In this document: piece after piece, positions 51,884-64,000 of the stretch
Position numbering within the stretch: position 1 is the stretch's first letter
Layout: every line of letters starts with the position of its first letter
Source: Octopus bimaculoides
Lineage: Eukaryota
Reading direction: 5' to 3'
NCBI RefSeq assembly: GCF_001194135.2
Contig: NC_068990.1
Span: 86,786,595 to 86,850,594, forward strand
DNA: 64,000 nucleotides
Made by a program: the position numbers and the translations under genes
The notes under the pieces: generated by a model
Databases searched by the model: none
What the model was told of the DNA's origin: nothing
Seen by the model: the letters and a program-made list of their open reading frames with translations, nothing else

Positions 51884-51920
<37 letters not shown>

Positions 51921-51922
51921 GC

Positions 51923-51967
<45 letters not shown>

Positions 51968-51979
51968 ATGTCGCTCTTG

Positions 51980-52945
51980 ACTATATCGCTCGAAGATCAG
52001 ACTCAACGCAATGTGCCGATAAGCACGAGGGCAATTAAAAAAAGCCAAATGTTTCTATGACGATTTGCAGTAAAATGAAGGTGGAACGTCTAACGAAAAC
52101 ATTCAGTGCCTTGTAAAGTCATGTAAGAAACGTTTAAGCAGCTATTGAAGCTGTTAGCACTGAGAAAGAAGCTGCAATTAATTAGCTGATCACCTGATTG
52201 CTAAAGGGGACTACATACCTGGGCATGCACTCAATGTTGATAAAACTGTACTTTTCCAGAATCTCAAGTTTGTTAGAATTTTATTTCTCAAGAAGAAAAG
52301 TCAACAACAAGATTTCAAGATTTCAAAAATTGTCTTACGTTTCCTCTATGAAAAAATGCCATCGGCGATATGAAATAAAAGGACCTACTCGTATATGGAA
52401 GAGCTTTGAAGAGTCACGCTATGTTTAATCTATTTCTAATTTGATGTTGAAATAAGAAGGTATGAATAACCAAGAGCCTTTCCGAAAAGTGATGTACAAA
52501 TATTGTTTGGCTGCTGTAGAAAGGTATGGTGTGAGGCATAATATTTTCACCAAACCGTTGCTCATTTTATGCAATGCGCCAACTCACACGATTGATAACT
52601 CACACAGGAGATAAACAGTTAGAGAGACTTCTAGTAAAAATTCACCGCAATGGATACTGTGTCGGAGAGTTTACTCGTCTCATAACTCAGTTACACATAA
52701 CATAGCTGAGTTATGCTATAAGTGAATTCCTCAACTTTGAATGGTGCTTGGAAAAATATATGGCCAGACTGTACTCTTGACATTACAAGTGTTCCACAAG
52801 CGGAAAATCTGCATCAACTTTGGAAAGGCATTTTAACAATTGCAAATGATTGAGAGTTTGAGGAAATCATAGAGGCTGATGTAATTGAGCTTCTGGTGTC
52901 TGATAGTGGAAGTTTATCGAACGAGGAGCTAATACTGCTATAGTA
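51980..52945 (+). pseudogene. Decayed Tigger/pogo transposase
   Basis: LEDQTQRNVPIST (CENP-B-type HTH region), GDYIPGHALNVDKTVLF (cf. VFNADETGLF), ILCNAPTH at 52564 (cf. LDNAPGH) and EADVIELLVSDSGSLSNEELI (Tigger C-terminal motif). Confidence 0.8.
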
Positions 52946-53574
52946 AGAGCAGGCTGAGGATAGAAAGGTAAATATTGAGATTTCACCAACTATATTTTAA
53001 TTGATTTCGAAGACTATTGCTAAGGTTTGGCATTTATAGAGGACTAAACAACACCATGCATAATCAATTATAACAATAGTAGTACTAACAACTACAATTA
53101 AAGATAAATCTCTTTTAATAACAGCTGCAACGCCTAAAACGATTCCAATAGTCATAACAACTTCTACAGCTATTCTATGAAAAATGATATCAAACACAAC
53201 AACGTTAACAACATACTTTATAATAACATCGACTACAACATTAACAAAAGCAAAGCAAACAACAATAATAATAATTAAAAAAAACAGCATAAAGAAATAC
53301 TTGACACAATCAATTTATTCTTAGAAAATTGAATTAATGTTTCTTGATTCTTTTAATACACTCCATATGTCCGCGTGTGTGAATGTGGGTGAGCGTATAT
53401 ATATATGTGTGTTTTCTGCTGTTTTCCACTACCTTCTGCGCAGGTGTGTTTGTGTGTGTGTGTGAGTGTGTGCGTGTGTGTGTGTGTGTGTTTTATATGT
53501 ATATATGACTCTGCGTGTGATTACGTCTGTAACAGTGTGTAATATGTCCGTATCTCTGCGTATATATACATATG

Positions 53575-53678
<104 letters not shown>

Positions 53679-55094
53679 CATGCATACATACATACATGCA
53701 TGCATACATACATACACACATACAGTGTGTGTCTGTGTGTTTACGTGCATATAACTTAATATAATAAAAATCCCACAGGCTCTTAAGCTATAAAGCCCCA
53801 GGCATTTGACCTATTCTCAATAGATTTGTTCTTCAAAGGTTGGTCAAGCACGTCAGTCATCATTAACCGATATTCACTTATATTTGTTTTCATTATTTAC
53901 CAAGATAAGGTTATGCATTAACCATAACATTTCGGTGTTTCATGTAGTAAAGGGGTTAAAAAATTCACGTTTAAATAGTTAACCAATAGATCGAACTTCT
54001 GATCGAAATGCTTGCAGCATATCTAGACTCTATGAAGGACATACGAGAACTAAATAAATGCTTTGAGCCGAGACGTACTCTACCACGCAAAGAGAAGTAC
54101 AGTCCATCCTATTAATGAATTTTATTCGTTATGCTTATACTTACGGAAAGCTAAACTTGCTCAAGGTGCCACACAAAGGAATTATATTTGTAAAATGTGT
54201 TAATGAAAAATCTTTGAAGTAGCATTGCATGACCTGGAAAGGAAAGAATGAAGAACAAAAATAGTGAAATAGGAGTTGAAAAGAAAATGAACGAAGATGA
54301 TGTAGAAAGAAAGGAGCGTTTGTACTACTTTCGCTGGTTGTATGCAGACTATTCTCTGAACTATGATAACGATGGACACAATCATTTACGTTAATGTTAT
54401 GGGTGGGAGGCGCATATTCATTAGGAACGTTTTAAGGTTTATGATTATCTAAAAGAAAGTAGGGCGAAAAGAGCGAGGAAGACGAATAAGGCAGAATTAC
54501 ATTTACACAAATGTTGAAAAATATCAAAAGGAAAAGAGAGAAAAATGTTAGTAATATAAAGAGGAAGAAAAGAAGATTTATATGGAGAAGGAAATATAAT
54601 GACAGCACTGAAAAGATGAATGATCACTATGTAAATATAATGAGCGAAGATTTATTTTATCTAGATTAAAAAATCAATAGAAAAATTCAAATTCTTTCTT
54701 CCTTTTTACAAATTATGTGAAAAGAAAAGTCAATATATTAANNNNNNNNNNNNNNNNNNNNNNNNNNNNNNNNNNNNNNNNNNNNNNNNNNNNNNNNNNN
54801 NNNNNNNNNNNNNNNNNNNNNNNNNNNNNNNNNNNNNNNNNNNNNNNNNNNNNNNNNNNNNNNNNNNNNNNNNNNNNNNNNNNNNNNNNNNNNNNNNNNN
54901 NNNNNNNNNNNNNNNNNNNNNNNNNNNNNNNNNNNNNNNNNNNNNNNNNNNNNNNNNNNNNNNNNNNNNNNNNNNNNNNNNNNNNNNNNNNNNNNNNNNN
55001 NNNNNNNNNNNNNNNNNNNNNNNNNNNNNNNNNNNNNNNNNNNNNNNNNNNNNNNNNNNNNNNNNNNNNNNNNNNNNNNNNNNNNNNNNNATCA

Positions 55095-55297
55095 CAGCGT
55101 TACTCAAGAAACAGGAAGAAAGAGAGAAAGTTGGGTAGAAAGAGTACAACAGGGGCTGCCCCCCCCCTGACAGAGCCTCAAGGAGCTTTTAGGTGTTTTC
55201 ACTCAATAAACACACACAACGCCCGATCTGGGAATCGAAACCGCAATCCTCAGACCGCGAGTCCGCTACACTAACCACTGGGCCACTGCGCCTCCAC
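55095..55297 (-). mobile_element. SINE family 3 copy (3' part in the N gap)
   Basis: Colinear with 33300-33498. Confidence 0.8.
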
Positions 55298-55921
55298 TTT
55301 TGAAAATATACATTCTTTTTAATTGCTGAATTTGAAGAATGAATAAATTTCGAAATATCATCACCAAATCAAATTAAGTCGCAAAATTTTATCCTGTATA
55401 CTGGTTAAATAAGCTATACATTTTTTGGGAAGTGTCTCGTTGATATATAAATAAATAACCTTTGAATGGTTAGAGTCGTATTCATAACAAGCGTTTTATG
55501 ATAAAGATTCTTGTAGCAGCTAATTGTTGGCTAAATGTGTTTCCCAGGAGACTGAACTGTTTTATTAAACTTGTCTTCATAAAAGGAAATAAAATTCGAA
55601 TTAGTTTATTGAACCTTGTATGCATTTTCGCTTCATTCATTTACTTAAGGACCAATGTATTTCACGAAATATATAGCACCGATATAAAATTATACGTATG
55701 TATGTTTGTCGTCCATATACTATCGAGGTAATAAATATGATTAGAATCGCCTACATAAGATTGTAAATTATAAATAAAACCATCATTCGTATCGAAAAAA
55801 AGGGAATACGAAAAACTGTAAGAAATCCCTTTTGGTTATTATTGTAATTGTTTTTGCTGTTGCTGTTCTTTTTCTTCATCTTATTTTTGTTAATATTATT
55901 GTTGTTGGTGGTGTTGTTATT

Positions 55922-56065
55922 AAGGTGGTGAGCTGGCAGAATTGCTAACACGCTAGAAGATATGCTTAGCAGTATTTTACCCGTCGCTACGTTCTGACTT
56001 CCAATTCCGCCGAGGCCAACTTTGCCCATTCATCCTTTCGGCGAGGATAAATTACGTACCAGTTG
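55922..56065 (+). mobile_element. SINE family 2 monomer
   Basis: Same head and central motif as 36243-36375, more diverged. Confidence 0.8.
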
Positions 56066-56605
56066 TCTCAGACTCTGCCGATTCAGCCAAATACAGTAAC
56101 AAAAGAAATAGAATCATAATAACATCCCAATGCAATGTGCTAGCGAAACAATGAATGAAGCCGTGAATTCTAATTATATAGCATAGTGGCTTCCCTATCG
56201 TTATATGTTAATAGATTTAAACAGCAACATCTATGAAATGATACAGCATTCGAGTGGTTGCGAAGCATTAGCAACATACAGCTGCTTCTCTTCTAATTTG
56301 CATTCTCTTCGTGTAATGGAAAGAAAGAAAGATGTACCCTGTTTTGTTAATTATTTCTAAACAAACCACACAGGACACTGAAAAGCTCAATGATACATGA
56401 ATATTATGGTATTTCTTCATTGTTAGAATATTTCCCACCGATTCGTATAGAAAGTTCCTGTGGTGTTTGGAATATCTCTCCAGGCAAATGCAAAGCTTCT
56501 TATCAATACACGAAGCTTGTATTAAAGATGGAACTTAAAACAAGTGAAGTTTCGTGATAGGTGTCAATAAATTGATGCACCTATGGGTCTTACCAAAAGA
56601 TATGT

Positions 56606-56666
<61 letters not shown>

Positions 56667-57171
56667 NNNNNNNNNNNNNNNNNNNNNNNNNNNNNNNNNN
56701 NNNNNNNNNNNNNNNNNNNNNNNNNNNNNNNNNNNNNNNNNNNNNNNNNNNNNNNNNNNNNNNNNNNNNNNNNNNNNNNNNNNNNNNNNNNNNNNNNNNN
56801 NNNNNNNNNNNNNNNNNNNNNNNNNNNNNNNNNNNNNNNNNNNNNNNNNNNNNNNNNNNNNNNNNNNNNNNNNNNNNNNNNNNNNNNNNNNNNNNNNNNN
56901 NNNNNNNNNNNNNNNNNNNNNNNNNNNNNNNNNNNNNNNNNNNNNNNNNNNNNNNNNNNNNNNNNNNNNNNNNNNNNNNNNNNNNNNNNATATATATATA
57001 TATATGCATATATATATATGCATATATACATATATATATACATATACATATTTATATATACATATACATATATATATACATATACACATATACATATGTA
57101 TATACATATATACACATATACATATACATATATATATATATACATATGTATATATACATATATACACTCAT

Positions 57172-57228
<57 letters not shown>

Positions 57229-58693
57229 CCGGGCATACACACAGACAAATAGATATGTGTATGTGTTTGTAAGAACGTATGTGTGTGTGTGCATGTGCGT
57301 GTTTTATAAAATTGCCCAATACAGAAATATAGAGTGTAATAACTTTATTCACAGTCTGTTTCAATTATTTAATCCATCAATAAGTAAAACGAGCAAGATA
57401 AAGTTCCTGCACACTTTGAAATGTTGAATAGCGAACTATGGAACTGAAAGATAACAGAAGAAAAGATAGTTTCCAAACTACTGTTGTAGAAGAAGTCTAA
57501 AATTAGCTGCATAGAAGTAGCATAAACCAGTATGTGTTGTACCAAGATGGAAGTGAGTTGAATGCTAAGTAAGCCAGATTCCAAACCGAAGATATGAATT
57601 GTAAAATAAACGTGTATATATGTGTGTGTGTGTGTATGTATGTATGTATATACGCATGGTGTATGCTTGTACGAATGTATGTGTGTGTAAATATACATGT
57701 ATATATATATACATATATANNNNNNNNNNNNNNNNNNNNNNNNNNNNNNNNNNNNNNNNNNNNNNNNNNNNNNNNNNNNNNNNNNNNNNNNNNNNNNNNN
57801 NNNNNNNNNNNNNNNNNNNNNNNNNNNNNNNNNNNNNNNNNNNNNNNNNNNNNNNNNNNNNNNNNNNNNNNNNNNNNNNNNNNNNNNNNNNNNNNNNNNN
57901 NNNNNNNNNNNNNNNNNNNNNNNNNNNNNNNNNNNNNNNNNNNNNNNNNNNNNNNNNNNNNNNNNNNNNNNNNNNNNNNNNNNNNNNNNNNNNNNNNNNN
58001 NNNNNNNNNNNNNNNNNNNNNNNNNNNNNNNNNNNNNNNNNNNNNNNNNNNNNNNNNNNNNNNNNNNNNNNNNNNNNNNNNNNNNNNNNNNNNNNNNNNN
58101 NNNNNNNNNNNNNNNNNNNNNNNNNNNNNNNNNNNNNNNNNNNNNNNNNNNNNNNNNNNNNNNNNNNNNNNNNNNNNNNNNNNNNNNNNNNNNNNNNNNN
58201 NNNNNNNNNNNNNNNNNNNNNNNNNNNNNNNNNNNNNNNNNNNNNNNNNNNNNNNNNNNNNNNNNNNNNNNNNNNNNNNNNNNNNNNNNNNNNNNNNNNN
58301 NNNNNNNNNNNNNNNNNNNNNNNNNNNNNNNNNNNNNNNNNNNNNNNNNNNNNNNNNNNNNNNNNNNNNNNNNNNNNNNNNNNNNNNNNNNNNNNNNNNN
58401 NNNNNNNNNNNNNNNNNNNNNNNNNNNNNNNNNNNNNNNNNNNNNNNNNNNNNNNNNNNNNNNNNNNNNNNNNNNNNNNNNNNNNNNNNNNNNNNNNNNN
58501 NNNNNNNNNNNNNNNNNNNNNNNNNNNNNNNNNNNNNNNNNNNNNNNNNNNNNNNNNNNNNNNNNNNNNNNNNNNNNNNNNNNNNNNNNNNNNNNNNNNN
58601 NNNNNNNNNNNNNNNNNNNNNNNNNNNNNNNNNNNNNNNNNNNNNNNNNNNNNNNNNNNNNNNNNNNNNNNNNNNNNNNNNNNNNNNNNNNNN

Positions 58694-58794
<101 letters not shown>

Positions 58795-60234
58795 GTTTTC
58801 TTTCTTGACCACAAGGGCCAATTACAAAGTAAAAACCAACAATACTAGACAAGGGACGATTGCGCCTGAGCACAAAATACGCACACACAATAAAAGCAAT
58901 AACAACTAACAACAAAATTTAAAGAATAAAATTCTCCAGATGCAACGACTTACCCCCATGTCCAACCAACGAACCCCACACTTCTTTGCTAAACATTACT
59001 GACTTTTAAGAGTAGAGGGCATGATATGACTGATGATATGTAGAAATCAGTCGTGACGTATACACACATTTTTGGACGATGTTCAGATGTGGCCGTTATT
59101 TTCAGAAGTGTTTATACTTCGTCTTTTTAACAGAGCTATATTTTTGTTTCAAAGGAAGAACAGGACATGGCACCTGGAATATTCTTTATATTCTTTAGAA
59201 AACGAAAAACTAAGTCCATCAATCACCGTCTAATTTATTTTTACGGTCACCGTAAGATTTGAGTGTCAAAGGGAAGGCTTCTAGTCACCGTGTACTTGTC
59301 TCTGCATACTGTCCAGATCAACAGAGTAGGCCATAAATTTGATTTGTGTAGCCTATCAGTTGTAACTGTGGACCCCTAACAAATGACATATTCTGATACA
59401 ATCTAAAAATCCTGAAGCACTTTCCCTAAATGTACATTCGCGTATTTATAAAATCTTGTAGGAGTTGTTTTCAAATTTCCTCTACTCCATCTTTCTTGTT
59501 TGGGTGATACCTTAACTTACCAACTTTCATCGATCTCTGTTCATTTGTCACCAGGCGTTGAGTGCATTCCAAATTGTACTGAATTAGGGTTGCTTGTACA
59601 GCTTGGAAGATTCTTTACGCTAAGTGGGCAGTTACAACACCGAACACAAGGAGGTTCGATGATCTCTGGAAATCATATTTCAGATATAGAGATTTGATTT
59701 CTTGATTTTTGACAAACTTATCAGATAAGATGGCAGGAGATTTCGTAAGAAATCTCTCACACGTTCTTTTATTTTTATTTTCCTGAATCTTCATTCATAT
59801 TCCAGTTACTTTCTAAATTCAACATTAGCAAATAATTTGCTGCCTTTCATTCTCTCTTTATTCTTGGTTGCTTCTTATGAAATTCTTTTCCTTTAAATGC
59901 GTAGAAATTGTCTGTGTTTTCTTGCATAATTGATATATTATTTTGACAATTCCAAAAAAAACTTCGTGTTCAAAATTCATGGAGACATGTACAGCAGAGA
60001 AAGGAGAAGACATGAAGTTATACAAGTAAGAAAATATTTACATGATAAATTGTACAAAAATGTTCAACGATAAACCTTATTTTTTACACTTCCAAATAAT
60101 GGATATGGATACTCAAATGTTCAAAAACCGTAATTAATTCCGAAAGTTTTCTATGAAGTCCAAAACCTGTAATCTAATTCTTCAATCGTTCTATGTATGA
60201 TATACTTAGACATAGATCCATAGAAGAATCATAG

Positions 60235-60360
60235 GTCTTGACTGGTAAGTATTTTATCGGCCTTGAACGGATGAAAGGTAAAGATGACCGAAACAGGATC
60301 TGAATCAAGAACGTAAACAGCCGGAGGAAATATCGCGAATCATTTCTTCTAACACTCAAA
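60235..60360 (-). mobile_element. Degraded SINE family 2 fragment
   Basis: actggtaagtattttatcg..gaacggatgaaaggtaaag..gacc, the reverse complement of the family central motif. Confidence 0.6.
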
Positions 60361-60574
60361 CGAAATGGGGAGTAGATCTCTATTGAGGTGACGCACTGTC
60401 AGGGAAATTAATATCAAAAGAGGAATTTTTCAGGGGACACGTTGTCCACTTTGATATTTGTCCTTATGTTTGATCTCCCACAGTTTAGTATTGAGGGAGG
60501 CAAAAGCAGGGTATCAGTTGCTCTACAGGGATGATCTGAATCTTATAGTAAAAATGAAAAGAGAGAAAAAGAGA

Positions 60575-60575
60575 C

Positions 60576-60632
<57 letters not shown>

Positions 60633-60642
60633 AATAATAAAA

Positions 60643-60710
<68 letters not shown>

Positions 60711-61062
60711 TATTTGAGACCGCTAAGATCTGGCAGCTACGAGAGTCTAACATAAAGGTTATCCCTATTGTCAGCGGAGCATTGGGTTCAATACCACTCA
60801 ACCTGAAGAAAACATGTCAAAACCTTAGAGATACCCCACAATGTAGATGTATTGCAAAAGTCGGCATTACTTGGAACTGTACGGATATTGCGTAAAGAAC
60901 TGTCTGTGTGAGGTGCTTGTTGTGACTTAACAAAAACATTACAAGTCCTCAGTAGTCACAATATCTTTAATCAACACCATCACGATACTGTATACTGTGC
61001 GACGTCCAGCAGGCTAATGATTCTGCCAGCTTGCTGCCTTAAATAATAATAATAATAATAAC

Positions 61063-61123
<61 letters not shown>

Positions 61124-61126
61124 GTA

Positions 61127-61161
<35 letters not shown>

Positions 61162-62079
61162 NNNNNNNNNNNNNNNNNNNNNNNNNNNNNNNNNNNNNNN
61201 NNNNNNNNNNNNNNNNNNNNNNNNNNNNNNNNNNNNNNNNNNNNNNNNNNNNNNNNNNNNNNNNNNNNNNNNNNNNNNNNNNNNNNNNNNNNNNNNNNNN
61301 NNNNNNNNNNNNNNNNNNNNNNNNNNNNNNNNNNNNNNNNNNNNNNNNNNNNNNNNNNNNNNNNNNNNNNNNNNNNNNNNNNNNNNNNNNNNNNNNNNNN
61401 NNNNNNNNNNNNNNNNNNNNNNNNNNNNNNNNNNNNNNNNNNNNNNNNNNNNNNNNNNNNNNNNNNNNNNNNNNNNNNNNNNNNNNNNNNNNNNNNNNNN
61501 NNNNNNNNNNNNNNNNNNNNNNNNNNNNNNNNNNNNNNNNNNNNNNNNNNNNNNNNNNNNNNNNNNNNNNNNNNNNNNNNNNNNNNNNNNNNNNNNNNNN
61601 NNNNNNNNNNNNNNNNNNNNNNNNNNNNNNNNNNNNNNNNNNNNNNNNNNNNNNNNNNNNNNNNNNNNNNNNNNNNNNNNNNNNNNNNNNNNNNNNNNNN
61701 NNNNNNNNNNNNNNNNNNNNNNNNNNNNNNNNNNNNNNNNNNNNNNNNNNNNNNNNNNNNNNNNNNNNNNNNNNNNNNNNNNNNNNNNNNNNNNNNNNNN
61801 NNNNNNNNNNNNNNNNNNNNNNNNNNNNNNNNNNNNNNNNNNNNNNNNNNNNNNNNNNNNNNNNNNNNNNNNNNNNNNNNNNNNNNNNNNNNNNNNNNNN
61901 NNNNNNNNNNNNNNNNNNNNNNNNNNNNNNNNNNNNNNNNNNNNNNNNNNNNNNNNNNNNNNNNNNNNNNNNNNNNNNNNNNNNNNNNNNNNNNNNNNNN
62001 NNNNNNNNNNNNNNNNNNNNNNNNNNNNNNNNNNNNNNNNNNNNNNNNNNNNNNNNNNNNNNNNNNNNNNNNNNNNNNN

Positions 62080-62172
<93 letters not shown>

Positions 62173-62187
62173 GTAAATAATAATAAT
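60575..62187. repeat. (GAT)n/(TAA)n array region hosting R4/Dong insertions; includes N gap 61163-62080
   Basis: TAA runs at ~60630-60706, ~61044-61162 and ~62081-62187. Confidence 0.95.
60708..61042 (+). mobile_element. 5'-truncated R4/Dong-like 3' end embedded in (TAA)n on both sides
   Basis: IFETAKIWQLRESNIKVIPIVSGALGSIPLNLKKTCQNL, a frameshift, then EIPHNVDVLQKSALLGTVRILRKELSV* (stop 60909-60911) and a ~130-nt UTR; long TAA runs directly upstream and downstream. Confidence 0.88.
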
Positions 62188-63625
62188 GTCTGAAAAATAT
62201 GGAGAAACCGGAAAGCATCACTGCATACGATTTCAGAGTTATAGTCTAAATGTTCAATGACACATAAATTCACTGCAGAAAAATTAATGAGATGCAAACA
62301 GATGCAGAAACAACACTTGACTGACTCACTAAGGAAAAGAAAAAAACATTTTTTCATATCTGAAGAAACCACATAACCTCAAAACTGAAAGCAGTTTTGA
62401 GGTTACAGGCAATAAATAGAAGTTCTATAAAAGAAACAAATTCTCGTTAGAATACTGTATGGATACACCTCTCCACTCGCTGCATGGCAATAATGCCTTT
62501 CAGTTGTATGTTTAACGGATCTGCACTCGAGTAAAAATTCCACGAAGAAGTATTTTTTTGTATTCGGATAATCAGAAGTTGTATGTCGCAAATAATAAAC
62601 AACTAAAAACACTAGTATAAAATGGATTTATAGAAGAAATCGATATGAGATTTGGTTTAGTAAAACGCACCAAAGCAATTTGGAACAGAGGAAAATGGGT
62701 GAAGAACTCTATTATCTTACAGGATAAAGAAAATGAGATCAGAGAATTAGACCAAACAAAAATGTATGAATATTTAGGGATCAATGAGAATCTATGTGCA
62801 ACCATACAGAAATGAAGCCAGAGATTAGGAACGAATATTATAGACGTATCTGATTACAACTTAAACCAGAGTTAAATGCAAAACAACAATAATAATAATA
62901 ATATATAAATAATGGAATTAATATTCATACAAAAGCCGACTGAGTACTAAGTTAAAGTTATAATTCTCTCAACTGAATTCTAAATGAACTAGCAAGACTA
63001 GACAGGAAAGCAAAGAAATTAATGATTGCATTTACAATCTCCCGGCAGCATTAGAGAGGTTATAATTGCCAAGTTGTAATGGTCTTTTACGCTAAAATAT
63101 CTAGTGTGGGACTACAAACGTATCGAGAACAGAACCATAGAAAATACAAATAGCCACGAACGACAAACAAAAAACAAATTTTTTTTCCGTTGAAGAAAGA
63201 CAAAAAATACGAAACAGTTATGAGAAATACAAAACAATTATGATGAAAAAGGAGAAAAATCTACAAATATTGTAAAAGAAACAAAAAGAATTAAATCTAA
63301 TGTATAAGTGAGGCCACAAAATGATACAATGAACCTGTTAGGGAGAAAATTTGAATAGAATAAAAATAGACAAGAAAACCTGTATAGCCATGAAAGACGA
63401 ATACTGGCTGAGAAGTGAGGGGCTCAAAACAGAAGCCGAAGAATTCTTGATCCTTACAGACGATCAACGTTTTCTCAGCAGGAAACACCGAGGATGTACG
63501 GTGAAAGGGAATACAATAACTCAAGAGTAGGTAAATATCGGGCAAGAAGCAATTGACCATAATGTTTCTAATTGTCCAGTCTTGACCAAAACAGAATACA
63601 TTTACACGCATGAGAGAATAGGGAC
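62188..63625 (+). mobile_element. Decayed R4/Dong-like element covering the RT core to the zinc-knuckle region
   Basis: FLYSDNQKLY (degenerate YMDDLKLY)...IDMRFGLVKRTKA...YEYLGINE, then LNAK and WLRSEGLKTEAEEF...EAIDHNVSNCPVLTKTEYIYTHERIG. Starts right after (TAA)n and is cut by a SINE at ~63638. Confidence 0.8.
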
Positions 63626-63637
63626 TTACATAGAACA

Positions 63638-64000
63638 ATTGTTATTCTTTTCTACTCTAGGTAGAAGGCCTGAAAGTTTTGGGGAAGGGGCAACTGGTAC
63701 TTAATTTATCGACCCTGAAAGGATGAAAGGCAAAGTCGACCTCGGCGGAATTTGAACTCAGAACATAAAGACAGAAGAAATACAGCTAAGCATTTCGCCC
63801 GGAGTACTAACGCTTCTTATTTCTTTATTGCCCACAAGGGGCTAAACATAGAGAGGACAAACAAGGACAGACAAAGGGATTAAGTCGATTACATCGACCC
63901 CAGTGCATAACTTGTACTTAATTTATCGACCTCGAAAGGACAAAAAGCAAATTCGATCTCGGCGGAATTTGAACTCAGAACGTAAAGACAGACGAAATAC
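63638..64000 (-). mobile_element. SINE family 2, dimeric form running off the window edge
   Basis: Reverse-complement match to 42110-42485, including the linker. Confidence 0.85.

Noticed and set aside
61101-62187. Identical taataatggtaaataataat on both sides of the N gap
   Set aside because: Likely overlapping contig ends (scaffolding artefact) rather than a biological repeat.

Overview
AT-rich, microsatellite-dense animal genomic DNA from a gappy short-read assembly. The repeat families and simple-repeat density suggest a cephalopod (octopus-like) genome; this is inference only. The only securely identifiable host coding sequence is one 148-nt minus-strand exon (11067-11214) of an SLC6 sodium/chloride-dependent amino-acid transporter (TM1 region, GlyT-like), with canonical splice sites. 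The rest looks intronic or intergenic and is packed with mobile-element remnants. These include at least eight fragments of R4/Dong-like non-LTR retrotransposons with a restriction-like endonuclease, several of them abutting (TAA)n arrays. There is also a Gypsy 5' LTR with a tRNA-Leu primer-binding site and gag, a probable decayed Penelope-like element, Chapaev-like and Tigger/pogo transposase fossils, a mariner-type MITE and four tRNA-derived SINE families. The most notable non-coding signal is a minimal type I hammerhead-ribozyme motif (11378-11425) lying sense in the SLC6 intron about 165 nt upstream of the 3' splice site. Related decayed motifs occur in a second copy of the same repeat, in the tail of a tRNA-headed SINE and next to the Penelope-like remnant. 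Most ORFs in the supplied track are microsatellite or N-gap artefacts. All family assignments are from motif recognition without database searches.
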